Virus record (IMG/VR): IMGVR_UViG_3300011443_000017
Location: 1-53,154 of that record
Origin: a virus
Lineage: Duplodnaviria; Caudoviricetes
DNA length: 53,154 nt
Direction: 5' to 3' (one strand)
Shown: positions 18,795 to 27,338 of the stretch, one piece after another
Layout of the letters: each line of letters opens with the position of its first letter
Position numbering within the stretch: the stretch's first letter is position 1
Translations under genes and position numbers: made by a program
The notes under the pieces: generated by a model
What the model was told of the DNA's origin: nothing
What the model saw: the letters and a program-made list of their open reading frames with translations, nothing else
Database searches by the model: none

Positions 18795-19250
18795 TTAGCT
18801 GTGCAGCCGATATAAATGGCTGGCGTGAAATACTTCAGCGGCGATGGCTGCCTTCAGTTCCATCTCGTAATCCCAACGATCATAGCGAGTTGTTCCAGCG
18901 GCAAAATTCCAGGTGTTCTGAATCGAGGTCGCCGCGCGCATCTGTTCAAAGTAGATGTTGTCAACGGCGGCTTGATATTTGACGGTCTGGGGTTCGAGTG
19001 CGGGTTCTTTTACGCCGTCAACCATATCCAGAAATGCTCTAATCTTCGCTTGTTCAGCCAATCGCTTTAAACATTTCTTGCAGGTTACAGGATCGGTAGT
19101 CGCTTTAAAGCTGCTTGGTTTACGGCTAATGAAGACTGTCGTTTCGCCCGATCCACATAAAGGTATCCAGCGACTTGTTTCATGTGCGCGTGTTCCTAAA
19201 TGAACCGCTCCGCCGTAGCTAGTTCGGATGTTGCTGTTCAGTGCGTTCAT
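18795..19250 (-). CDS. Hypothetical early protein, Zn-finger-like
   Basis: VH...PLCGS...VTCKKC; GGAG SD; first gene after a strong promoter. Confidence 0.65.
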   Translation of the reverse strand: MNALNSNIRTSYGGAVHLGTRAHETSRWIPLCGSGETTVFISRKPSSFKATTDPVTCKKCLKRLAEQAKIRAFLDMVDGVKEPALEPQTVKYQAAVDNIYFEQMRAATSIQNTWNFAAGTTRYDRWDYEMELKAAIAAEVFHASHLYRLHS

Positions 19251-19292
19251 TATGTTTGCTCCGTTTGTGCTTGCTTATCTGTCTATGCTTTT

Positions 19293-19321
19293 AATATATC
19301 ACATAGGTGCGATATTGTCAA
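19293..19321 (-). promoter_or_regulatory. Leftward sigma70 promoter with operator TATCAC-N4-GTGCGATA
   Basis: Minus strand TTGACA-N17-TATATT with extended TG; operator at 19297-19314. Confidence 0.8.
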
Positions 19322-19357
19322 TAGACTTTCGGAATTATTCGGATTTACCCCTAAATG

Positions 19358-19606
19358 TTAGGGGCTGGTATGCCCCGGCGGTCTGCCCCGGTTGCTTTTG
19401 TTTTCTTTGTAATCAAGTACGCTGGACTTGAGTATGAGGATTATAAACCTGCCGCCATACAAAGGATCGGAATGCCGCATAGATTGAAGGTGATTAGTCC
19501 TTGCCAGATATGCAATGTGATAACGGCTGACACCCAAAATCTTTGCCGCTTCTTTTGTCGTGATGTACTCTGTATCAATCATGGTTGGGTTATTCACTTC
19601 ATTCAT
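19358..19606 (-). CDS. HTH DNA-binding protein (excisionase/HTH_17-like), probable regulator
   Basis: YITTKEAAKILGVSRYHIAYLARTNHL; C-terminal RGRPP AT-hook-like motif. Confidence 0.8.
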   Translation of the reverse strand: MNEVNNPTMIDTEYITTKEAAKILGVSRYHIAYLARTNHLQSMRHSDPLYGGRFIILILKSSVLDYKENKSNRGRPPGHTSP

Positions 19607-19644
19607 TCGTTTTGTATCGGTTTCTCACTCTGGTAAGTAATTCC

Positions 19645-19678
19645 TTGACACTTTATCACTATAGTGCGATAATGTCAA
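19645..19678. promoter_or_regulatory. Overlapping divergent promoters with a second copy of the operator
   Basis: Plus strand TTGACA-N17-GATAAT; minus strand TTGACA-N17-TAAAGT; TATCAC-tata-GTGCGATA at 19654-19671. Confidence 0.8.
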
Positions 19679-19712
19679 CATAACGGCATTCGCATTAATG
19701 ACAAAGGGTTAA

Positions 19713-20129
19713 ATGATGGGTCTATATCGTCCGCGAAAAGAATTCAAATTCTGGCTCTGCCATGACCGCCATGAAGACACGCGCCTCATGGAGTATATCG
19801 CTTTTCTAAAGACTACGCGCCAATTTGCGCGGGTTGTTAGGAATGGTTTGCGCCTGATGTGGTCATTGCACGAGGGCGATACGTCGGTTTTATTTGAACT
19901 ATTTCCGCATTTAAAACAGCAATTTAAACCGGACACCGAAGACTTGATTGAACAGTTCCGTGTAATGCTACTGCACACTAAACCGGACGATGCAGCGCCG
20001 CGCGCCATTCCCGCAACGGTAGGGGAGGGCGTTAAGCCAAGCATCGCCGCGCCCGCAGCCGTCGCCACCGCCGCGAAGCTGCCCGACGCCTCAACTATCG
20101 CGGATGACTTCCTGGCGTTCATTCAGTGA
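19713..20129 (+). CDS. RHH-like protein, ParR-like candidate
   Basis: FKFWL...D..LMEYIAFL...FARVVRNGLRL N-terminus, disordered linker, C-terminal DDFLAFIQ. Confidence 0.45.
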   Translation: MMGLYRPRKEFKFWLCHDRHEDTRLMEYIAFLKTTRQFARVVRNGLRLMWSLHEGDTSVLFELFPHLKQQFKPDTEDLIEQFRVMLLHTKPDDAAPRAIPATVGEGVKPSIAAPAAVATAAKLPDASTIADDFLAFIQ

Positions 20130-20446
20130 GGACACACGACATGATTACCAATCGAGAAGCAAAATGGCGCAAGTACAAAGCCGACTTCCTGCGCGCAAAC
20201 CATTGTACCGCTCAGGAATTCCACGATGCCTACGTCGCATTCATGGAAAGCAATCCGAATGACAAGGCGTATCGACAATTCGCGCGCAAGTATAGCATTA
20301 CGATACACCCTGAACCTCGTTTACCAGAACATTTACAGTTGGTGTTCAGCGTCAATATCTCAGCGATGAAAGTAATGGCGGAAACCTTTGAGGAGTCCGA
20401 AAGCGCATTCCAGGAAATTATCGACAGTGGTAGGACACTACACTAG
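20126..20446 (+). CDS. Hypothetical protein
   Basis: Coupled ORF; GAGG upstream of an alternative ATG at 20141. Confidence 0.55.
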   Translation: MRTHDMITNREAKWRKYKADFLRANHCTAQEFHDAYVAFMESNPNDKAYRQFARKYSITIHPEPRLPEHLQLVFSVNISAMKVMAETFEESESAFQEIIDSGRTLH

Positions 20447-20487
20447 CCGCACAACACGCGCGCCCGCTGGCGCAAGGGAGACCGCAC

Positions 20488-20667
20488 ATGCTTGACGACG
20501 TGACCCTACGCACCGAACTCGAAAAGATATACACCGCCGCGCAGGAGGTTATCGACGCCCTGGAACGCCGCGACTACGAAGGCGCTGAGACCGCCGCACG
20601 CTACATCAAACTGAAGGCGATGGCGCTTGCGCCCAAAGAACAGGAGGATACATGGACATCGAACTAA
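20488..20667 (+). CDS. Hypothetical 59-aa protein (not in ORF track)
   Basis: AGGGAG SD; MLDDVTLRTELEKIY... Confidence 0.5.
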   Translation: MLDDVTLRTELEKIYTAAQEVIDALERRDYEGAETAARYIKLKAMALAPKEQEDTWTSN

Positions 20668-21110
20668 CCAAAGATACAACCGCTACCATTGACGACTGCG
20701 ACGACGACCTTGCCGCGCTGTCCTGGTATCTGCACGATACCAGCCCCGGCCAATTGTACGCGGCGCGCGGCGGCGGTAAAAAGCCGCTCGTGTTCCTGCA
20801 CCGCGCCGTATTGGAGCGCAAGCTAGGGCGCGCACTGGCCGCCGATGAACGCGCCGATGTGGTTAACAACAACGGCCTCGACTGCCGCCGCGAGAACGTG
20901 GTGCTGTCGGTCAATGGGCTATATCAGCGCAACAGCAAGCGCCGCCGCACGAATACCAGCGGGTACACGGGTGTGCGTTACCACAAACGCGACGGGCGCT
21001 ACCATGCGCAAATCTCGATAGGCGGCAAAATAAAGTTCCTCGGTTCGTGCGCTACAGCAGAGGAAGCCGCCGCGCTGTATGCCGATGCCAAGCGGGGGAT
21101 CGTGGGGTAG
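20652..21110 (+). CDS. HNH-AP2 family protein with degenerate HNH site
   Basis: MDIELTK...IDD.D...W, FLHRAVL, ADVVNNNGLDCRRENV, then NTSGYTGV...AQISIGGK..FLG (AP2). Confidence 0.85.
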   Translation: MDIELTKDTTATIDDCDDDLAALSWYLHDTSPGQLYAARGGGKKPLVFLHRAVLERKLGRALAADERADVVNNNGLDCRRENVVLSVNGLYQRNSKRRRTNTSGYTGVRYHKRDGRYHAQISIGGKIKFLGSCATAEEAAALYADAKRGIVG

Positions 21111-21403
21111 GGCGCGGGCGCGCCGACGGCGAACGTGTGACAACTTGTAAGAGGTTGCGGCGGGCGGGCAGGGGGGGTGTGAAACCTACGGGTGGCGGGC
21201 GATTTGCCAACGAATGAGTACCCTGTATGAAATCCTTGTGAAAAACGTGCATGACTGTTAACACTTTGTAAGGGTGCTGTGGTACTATTTGGTCATTGTA
21301 AATAGGTCACAACACCGCGCCTATCATCATTACCTAGTGACCTTTGGAGGAACGCCCACACACAATCTAAATTAGAAAGTAGGTTTTTGAAATGCATCAC
21401 GCT

Positions 21404-21793
21404 TTAGGACTTACCACCGTTCTTTCGCTTCTTGACGATGTTGATTTTCTTTTCATCGCCAGACTTACCGCCGCCTTTATTGCCGCCGCCCCTGATGAGT
21501 TCGACAATGATACTCCGTCTAGCCTCTGGCAATTTGTTGATGTCTTGAGCCAGGAGCATATCCTCAGCGCTGGCATGATGGACGTGATCCGGCGCAACCA
21601 GGGCAACCAAAGTCAGCAGATCATAACCCGTTGCGCTGCTTAAACGAATAAGGAAGTACAGTGTAGGGTCGGTGTTGGTGTTGAGATAATTGTTTAAGGT
21701 TCTATGCTGTACACCCATCTTTTCAGCTAATGCGCGGCGCGATAGACCATGCTGCTGAATGTAATCCTCAATAAAGTCTGATAGCTTAGTCAT
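21404..21793 (-). CDS. XRE-family HTH repressor (CI-like position)
   Basis: GLSRRALAEKMGVQHRTLNNYLN...PTLYFLIRLS. Confidence 0.85.
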   Translation of the reverse strand: MTKLSDFIEDYIQQHGLSRRALAEKMGVQHRTLNNYLNTNTDPTLYFLIRLSSATGYDLLTLVALVAPDHVHHASAEDMLLAQDINKLPEARRSIIVELIRGGGNKGGGKSGDEKKINIVKKRKNGGKS

Positions 21794-21834
21794 TTTACAA
21801 ACCCTTAACAAACCGAATTGATATACGGCGCTAA

Positions 21835-21863
21835 TTGACAGTGGATAATATTATCCATATACT
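21835..21863 (+). promoter_or_regulatory. Rightward sigma70 promoter with palindromic operator
   Basis: TTGACA-N17-TATACT; spacer holds the perfect palindrome TGGATAATATTATCCA (21842-21857). Confidence 0.85.
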
Positions 21864-21898
21864 GGATACTAGACTACATCACTTGGAGATTATAGCGC

Positions 21899-22108
21899 AT
21901 GTCCAAACCCCGCAAACAAAGAATAAGACTATGGGTAAAAGGCGATTCCGAATACAGCCAAAAGTGGACGGAATGGGCGAGAAACCAGGGCGTTATCGCT
22001 GAGGATTTTCTCCGCAAGGTTCTCGACAAGACGATGGAACACGGGTCAATCTCTTTTGATGTTGAGTGTGGCTACCAGAATAGCCAGTCGGATAATCAGA
22101 CGCAATAA
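21899..22108 (+). CDS. Ribbon-helix-helix regulator in the Cro position
   Basis: RIRLWV strand then two helices joined by QG; divergent from the repressor. Confidence 0.6.
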   Translation: MSKPRKQRIRLWVKGDSEYSQKWTEWARNQGVIAEDFLRKVLDKTMEHGSISFDVECGYQNSQSDNQTQ

Positions 22109-22207
22109 GGCTGCCTACCTTAATAGTAAGGCTAATTGTAAACAGACACAAGCGTACAAACACCAACGTTTGTAACAGGGTTTACGCCCTTTAAAACCGG
22201 AGACAAG

Positions 22208-22684
22208 ATGGCATCAGGTATCTACATCATCCACAACAAGAAAACAGGCTATGTCTACATCGGGCAAGCTGGTGATATTCCAAAGCGGTGGAAATCCCAC
22301 GTGCAAGCTCTGAACAAGAAAGTCCATGCTAACCGCCCCTTGCAAACCGCATGGAATGAATACGGTGAAAGCGCGTTCAAGTTCAAGGTTTTGGAATATT
22401 GCGCTATCGATGATCTGAATAGCCGCGAAACACATTACCTGACTATCCACATGGCGCGAGGCATTTGCTACAACATCAAATCAGGGGCGAACTCCCATAA
22501 GCCACGAGTACGGACTCAGTCGGATAAAAAGTTTTCACCCAGCGTTCGTCAAATTTGGGTTCGCAGTGATCCTACTTTTATGCAAAAGCTAGACGCGGCG
22601 GTTGCCTATTCCGGCATGGCAAAAGCAGACTTCATTTTCATGGTTCTCGACAGTGAAATGAAGAAACTAGAGCCGCTATCATGA
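22208..22684 (+). CDS. GIY-YIG nuclease fused to a C-terminal RHH domain
   Basis: SGIYII...VYIGQA..I.KRW..H, LQTAWNEYGE, RE..Y, CYN; tail similar to the 21899 protein. Confidence 0.85.
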   Translation: MASGIYIIHNKKTGYVYIGQAGDIPKRWKSHVQALNKKVHANRPLQTAWNEYGESAFKFKVLEYCAIDDLNSRETHYLTIHMARGICYNIKSGANSHKPRVRTQSDKKFSPSVRQIWVRSDPTFMQKLDAAVAYSGMAKADFIFMVLDSEMKKLEPLS

Positions 22685-22836
22685 CCAACACTGACCGCCT
22701 ATTCTGGCTACTCGTGGGCGTCCTCATCGGCATTGCTATCGGTATCGCACTCAGCAACCAAAGCAACCCGCCGACGGACGATGACACCCTTCACGTTATC
22801 CGTAAACCGATGGCGACACGGCGCAGCGCATCATGA
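22681..22836 (+). CDS. Small membrane protein (51 aa)
   Basis: LFWLLVGVLIGIAIGIAL; ATGA-coupled. Confidence 0.5.
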   Translation: MTNTDRLFWLLVGVLIGIAIGIALSNQSNPPTDDDTLHVIRKPMATRRSAS

Positions 22837-22970
22837 CCGACGCGCCGCAAGTATCCGAATGGACGCCGATAGATCCGACGCTGGCGGACGTGGAACGCGA
22901 ATGCTGGTATGACGCGCCGATGAAAGCACAGGTAACGGACGATTACGAAGTGGAGAGGGTAGAGACATGA
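22833..22970 (+). CDS. Small acidic hypothetical protein
   Basis: ATGA-coupled at both ends. Confidence 0.45.
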   Translation: MTDAPQVSEWTPIDPTLADVERECWYDAPMKAQVTDDYEVERVET

Positions 22971-23248
22971 GCAGCGCAGAACAGATCAAGCACCAAAGGA
23001 TGATTGTGAACACGTTTCAATTCATGCACATCCAGGTACAGCGCATCCAGGCACACGCGACCATCGTCGGCGACGGGGCGCAAATCCTGGGTATCGACGC
23101 GCTGCTGGAACAGGTTGCGGCGCAAGGTGTCCACGCCGACGAACTGCTGGCGACGTTAGCCAGCGCCCTCGAAACACAGGAGGATATGGCGGTTGTGGTG
23201 TACGACGAGGACGGCAACGAACTTGATAGTTTAGACAGGGCGGTGTAA
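22967..23248 (+). CDS. Hypothetical protein
   Basis: Coupled ORF with SD. Confidence 0.55.
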   Translation: MSSAEQIKHQRMIVNTFQFMHIQVQRIQAHATIVGDGAQILGIDALLEQVAAQGVHADELLATLASALETQEDMAVVVYDEDGNELDSLDRAV

Positions 23249-23250
23249 CT

Positions 23251-24273
23251 ATGAGCATGGCATTAGCACTCATCAATCCAACGGAATATGAGATTATGGC
23301 AAAGCTGGCGAGAGTAGCCGCCGGTTCTGGGTACGTCGGCAAAAACGAAGTACAGGCCATGTTCATTATGCTCAAGGGCATGGAACTTGGCATATCCCCC
23401 ATGCAGGCGCTTGACGGTATCCAGGTCATTCAGAACAAAACTACCGTTTCGCCTCAACTGATGCTGGCGCTCATTAATCGCAGCGGCGAATTACAAGACT
23501 TGCAGATTGATGACCCGGATACGATCAAAGCAAACAAGGCTTGCAAAGTGGTTATGACCCGGCGCGGACGTTCACCCCATACCGAAATTTTCAGCATGGA
23601 AGACGCCGAGAGTATGAAGTTGGCGGGTAAAGACAACTGGCTTAAACAACCCGCCGTGATGCTCAAATGGCGCGCGGTATCGGCTTGCGCTCGTATCGTA
23701 TTCCCGGATGTTATTCAGGGCATGTACACGCCCGAAGAAATGGGCGCGGAAGTCTCCGAGGATCAATCGGGCAATATCGTTATTGAAGCGCCACTACTCG
23801 ACGCCGACTTTACGAAGTCAGAAAACGAGGTTGCGCAGTTGACTGCAAATAATCCGTTAAACGCTGACGAGGATGGCATTATTCCAAACGTAGAGGCCAC
23901 TCCTAGCGATTTACAGGCTGAAACCGACCAAGTACCTACAACCGCAGAAACCGCTAAGTCACGATTTGCTGGCAATGGCGCGCCCCCGACAGGCCAAAAA
24001 AAAGAATCTGACACCCGCGAATGGATTGCCAGCGCGGTAACGGTTCGCAAGGATAAGTTCGATAAACCCTACTTGCAGTACGTTTGCACCGAGGGTAAAC
24101 CGACAGGACGCGGGCGCGAGATGTTACGCCAAGCGGGTTATGAGTGTGAAGCCTGGACGGTTGCGGGTGAGACATACGACCTTGTACCACCGGCGGCGCT
24201 AACGGTGCAAAAGAGCGGGCAATTCTGGAACGTTATTGAGTTGAGATCAACGGTTAGCGAGGTGTCATTTTGA
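23251..24273 (+). CDS. RecT/Bet-like single-strand annealing protein
   Basis: GMELGISPMQAL..I.VI..K, W...P..ML.WRA...CAR..FPDV..GMY..EE. Confidence 0.8.
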   Translation: MSMALALINPTEYEIMAKLARVAAGSGYVGKNEVQAMFIMLKGMELGISPMQALDGIQVIQNKTTVSPQLMLALINRSGELQDLQIDDPDTIKANKACKVVMTRRGRSPHTEIFSMEDAESMKLAGKDNWLKQPAVMLKWRAVSACARIVFPDVIQGMYTPEEMGAEVSEDQSGNIVIEAPLLDADFTKSENEVAQLTANNPLNADEDGIIPNVEATPSDLQAETDQVPTTAETAKSRFAGNGAPPTGQKKESDTREWIASAVTVRKDKFDKPYLQYVCTEGKPTGRGREMLRQAGYECEAWTVAGETYDLVPPAALTVQKSGQFWNVIELRSTVSEVSF

Positions 24274-24617
24274 ACAAGGTACTCAATACAAAGGTCGCAG
24301 GCGTAACCTACGAAGGGCGTCAAGACCTGATCGTCCAACTATCCACGAGTGACCCGTGCCGACTTGTACCCGAACCGACCAACCCCTACGACGAAAACGC
24401 GATTGCGGTACACGTCGCGCACGGTGGAGAAGTGTGGCACATCGGTTTCGTACCGCGCGAGATTGCCGCGCAAATCGCCGGACATCTTGAGGGTGAATCG
24501 CTGATGTGCAAGATTGCGGAAATTACCGGCGGCTTTGAATTCGACAATGGCGACGTGGCCCCGTTGGGTGTGCGGTTGCGGATCGAACTACCGGATTATG
24601 GGACGGTGCAATCATGA
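24270..24617 (+). CDS. HIRAN domain protein
   Basis: VAGVTYE, LVPEPTNPYDENAIAV, IGFVPRE. Confidence 0.9.
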   Translation: MNKVLNTKVAGVTYEGRQDLIVQLSTSDPCRLVPEPTNPYDENAIAVHVAHGGEVWHIGFVPREIAAQIAGHLEGESLMCKIAEITGGFEFDNGDVAPLGVRLRIELPDYGTVQS

Positions 24618-24847
24618 CGGCACAACAGCGCGCAGACCATTACGAGACTTATCAGCAGTTACGGTTGGCGCTCATCCTTCCCGGTGAAACCATCGGGGAG
24701 GAACGCCGCCGATACACGCCAGTCAATTACGACAAGTGGACACTCAGCTATGACGACCTAATTGCCGCGCCGCCAACCCCGCGCATCGCCTACTTGCAGG
24801 CGCGGTATCCATTGGCCGGGATTGCATCACTTGGTATGAGAGGGTAG
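24614..24847 (+). CDS. Hypothetical protein
   Basis: ATGA-coupled. Confidence 0.5.
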   Translation: MTAQQRADHYETYQQLRLALILPGETIGEERRRYTPVNYDKWTLSYDDLIAAPPTPRIAYLQARYPLAGIASLGMRG

Positions 24848-24853
24848 GGGCGC

Positions 24854-25177
24854 ATGGCTAAGAAACTGGCAACGACTCCCGACGGGATTATCTGTGCAGT
24901 CTGTGGTGAGGACAAGCAGCCTTACCACTATTTCAACTTTCGGAACAAGTATGACCGCGAATTTTGGGTGAACGGCATACCCGGCAATAACAACACCTGT
25001 TTCGATTGCGCTGGCCCGTACCGCTGTATCTGCTGCCATGAAATCAAGCCCGCAACCGAGTTTCGTTTGCAAGGGCGCATCTGCAAGGATTGTAAATTGG
25101 ACGGCGGGCTTAAAAATGCCATTGCGCGTGAAATCGCCCGCACAAATTCAATCGAGGCGGTATCTGATGACCACTGA
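24854..25177 (+). CDS. Double Zn-finger protein
   Basis: CAVCGEDK...CFDC and CICCHEIKP..EF...CKDC. Confidence 0.65.
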   Translation: MAKKLATTPDGIICAVCGEDKQPYHYFNFRNKYDREFWVNGIPGNNNTCFDCAGPYRCICCHEIKPATEFRLQGRICKDCKLDGGLKNAIAREIARTNSIEAVSDDH

Positions 25178-25412
25178 TGCCTATTTGCACCACGAAGCCC
25201 TCGCCGCCGCTTGCGTCCGTTGCCGCGCGACCCATGTGCATTACGTGTATGAACACAACGGCAAGGTGTACGCGACTATCGTCAGTGACTTGGCTGATCC
25301 GCGCGATTTGTCGGCACGGTTTGAGAAGCGCGGTTATGACGTGGTGCAGATTACGCACATGGGCGGCGAATGGTTTCAATTCGTGATGAATATTCGGAAG
25401 GTGACAGCATGA
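25167..25412 (+). CDS. Hypothetical protein
   Basis: GAGG SD; overlapping-gene chain. Confidence 0.5.
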   Translation: MTTDAYLHHEALAAACVRCRATHVHYVYEHNGKVYATIVSDLADPRDLSARFEKRGYDVVQITHMGGEWFQFVMNIRKVTA

Positions 25413-25630
25413 CCCGCGACTACCGCCAAACCGGACGTTCCAGCAGCGCCCGCCTGACACCCTATGCGCAGGCATCACACGAGGCCGCCCGTCATACCGC
25501 GCTGCTGATGCGTGAAATGATCGACGCGGGCTTATCCCGTGCTGAAGTCGGCAAGCGCTTTGGGGTATCAGAGCAGTCAGTCTACAACCGGCTCAAGAGA
25601 CAGGGGCTATTGAAACCGCCGCCGAAATAG
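25409..25630 (+). CDS. HTH DNA-binding protein
   Basis: AGLSRAEVGKRFGVSEQSVYNRLKR. Confidence 0.75.
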   Translation: MTRDYRQTGRSSSARLTPYAQASHEAARHTALLMREMIDAGLSRAEVGKRFGVSEQSVYNRLKRQGLLKPPPK

Positions 25631-25756
25631 GCTCTCAATGCATAACCTACCATACATACGCAGTTCCGTTTGAGCGAAAGGTAGTTAGCGGCGATGGATA
25701 GGCTCTGTGTCCGAAGTAATTGAGAGCCGACTTCAGCAACGGTTTAGGAGGAAAGT

Positions 25757-25972
25757 ATGAACAACATCATCAACCTGTTTGACGACCTGCCGCCGGAACT
25801 CGACGCGCTGCAATCCCGACATATCCACGTCGCCGGGATACCTTGCCCGGTGTGTGGCATGTCCATAGACCAGATGCAGGCGAGTACCGCTTACATGGAA
25901 CATCGGCAAGCGGCGGCGAAAGCGAAGCTTGAACGCTGGAATCAGGCGTGTGTTGGAAAGGCGCAATCATGA
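25757..25972 (+). CDS. Hypothetical protein with CPVC
   Basis: AGGAGG SD. Confidence 0.6.
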   Translation: MNNIINLFDDLPPELDALQSRHIHVAGIPCPVCGMSIDQMQASTAYMEHRQAAAKAKLERWNQACVGKAQS

Positions 25973-26325
25973 CGACCTATCGCATACCCGACGGTCACGA
26001 GTACCCCGAATATACCAAGTTTGCCCGCTACCAGGGCGGCGTGATGTTTGTGCCACTGCTGATCGGCGAGAATCGGGTGCGCTTCTATGCACTGTGCAAC
26101 TTGCGCGAGGTCAGAGAACCGTTCATGACCGACCTGTACTACACCTGCGAACCGCCGCCCGCGCCCGTCCAGGGTTGCGCGTTACCGCCGTATATGCTCG
26201 ATCAGATTACCGCGTTGACCGAGATACTCAACACGCGCCCACAAGAGCGCCAAGTCTCGCGGGATTTATACGTGTACGAGTTGGGATACCAGATAGCCGA
26301 TGCTCTGGAAGTCGAGGCCGCGTGA
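25969..26325 (+). CDS. Hypothetical protein
   Basis: ATGA-coupled at the start and TGATG-coupled at the end. Confidence 0.55.
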   Translation: MTTYRIPDGHEYPEYTKFARYQGGVMFVPLLIGENRVRFYALCNLREVREPFMTDLYYTCEPPPAPVQGCALPPYMLDQITALTEILNTRPQERQVSRDLYVYELGYQIADALEVEAA

Positions 26326-27236
26326 TGTTATTACTGCCCACGAAATCAAGTTCTGTTACCCGAATATTTTCTTTCGGTGGCGGCGTTCAATCAACCGCCG
26401 TAATGGTGCTTCAAGCCCAACGTCTGATTATGCCTTATGACGCCTACATATTCGCCAACGTTGGGAACGATAGCGAGAACCCCGACACGTTGGAATACAT
26501 CGAAAAGTACACTAAACCATTTGCGGATAAGCATGGTATCCAATTCGAGGAAGTCCAGAAGGTCAGACGTGGCGGAGCGAAAGATACGCTTGTCGGGTTC
26601 ATTGAACGCACTGAACGCAGTATCCCTATCCCGGCACGTATGAGCAACGGCGCGCCGGGTAATCGCACCTGTACCACCGACTTTAAAATCCTTGTCGTGG
26701 ATAAGTGGGTTAAGCAACACAGCTTCACTCATGCCATTGTCGGGTTAGGTATCTCGATAGACGAGTTTAGCCGGATGCGCGGCGAGGAATGGACAGACCG
26801 ACAGGGCAAGCGCAAACACGGGTTCTGGAAGCGCCGGGAGCATCCTTTAATTGACCTGCGCATCAGCCGCCACAAGTGCGTTGAAATCATCGTCAAGGCA
26901 GGATTGCCAGTACCGCCGAAATCAAGTTGCTTCTTTTGCCCATTCACGCGCCGCGCTGAGTGGATCGAGATGAAACGGGAAACGCCCGCATTGTTTGATG
27001 AGGCTGTGCGGATTGAGCATATCATCAATGCGAAACGCGGTCTTTTGGAGAAAGACCGCGTATACCTACACGCCGATGTTGTGCCATTAGAGAACGCGGT
27101 GGGTAATCAACTAACTCTTTGGGCGCACGCGGCAAAGGCGGCGGGCTATACAGGTAGCGCGTTTGATAACGAAACGAATGTATTGAAACCGATCACCGAA
27201 GACGAGGCTTGCGAAGCCGGGTACTGCTTGACGTAG
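26325..27236 (+). CDS. PAPS-reductase-like (adenine nucleotide alpha-hydrolase) protein
   Basis: IFSFGGGVQSTA PP-loop variant, FANVG.E.P.T, RTCT.DFKI, GIS.DE..R, HPLID, PPKSSCFFCPF, C-terminal CEAGYC. Confidence 0.85.
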   Translation: MLLLPTKSSSVTRIFSFGGGVQSTAVMVLQAQRLIMPYDAYIFANVGNDSENPDTLEYIEKYTKPFADKHGIQFEEVQKVRRGGAKDTLVGFIERTERSIPIPARMSNGAPGNRTCTTDFKILVVDKWVKQHSFTHAIVGLGISIDEFSRMRGEEWTDRQGKRKHGFWKRREHPLIDLRISRHKCVEIIVKAGLPVPPKSSCFFCPFTRRAEWIEMKRETPALFDEAVRIEHIINAKRGLLEKDRVYLHADVVPLENAVGNQLTLWAHAAKAAGYTGSAFDNETNVLKPITEDEACEAGYCLT

Positions 27237-27338
27237 CCTGACCGCGCGCCCCGGCAACACGCGGGCGGGTGACGGCAGCCGGTGTGGGGTGTGGAAACGG
27301 TACGCGGGATGGATCGGTATTTGATGGGAGTTTGAGCG

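Noticed and set aside
19358-19606. Excisionase implying an integration module
   Set aside because: No integrase nearby; the flanking operators fit a regulator better.
21392-21643. Plus-strand 83-aa ORF
   Set aside because: Antisense to the clear XRE repressor.
25929-26324. N-terminal 132 aa of the 435-aa ORF
   Set aside because: Overlaps the coupled gene 25969-26325; the PAPS-like domain starts at ATG 26325.
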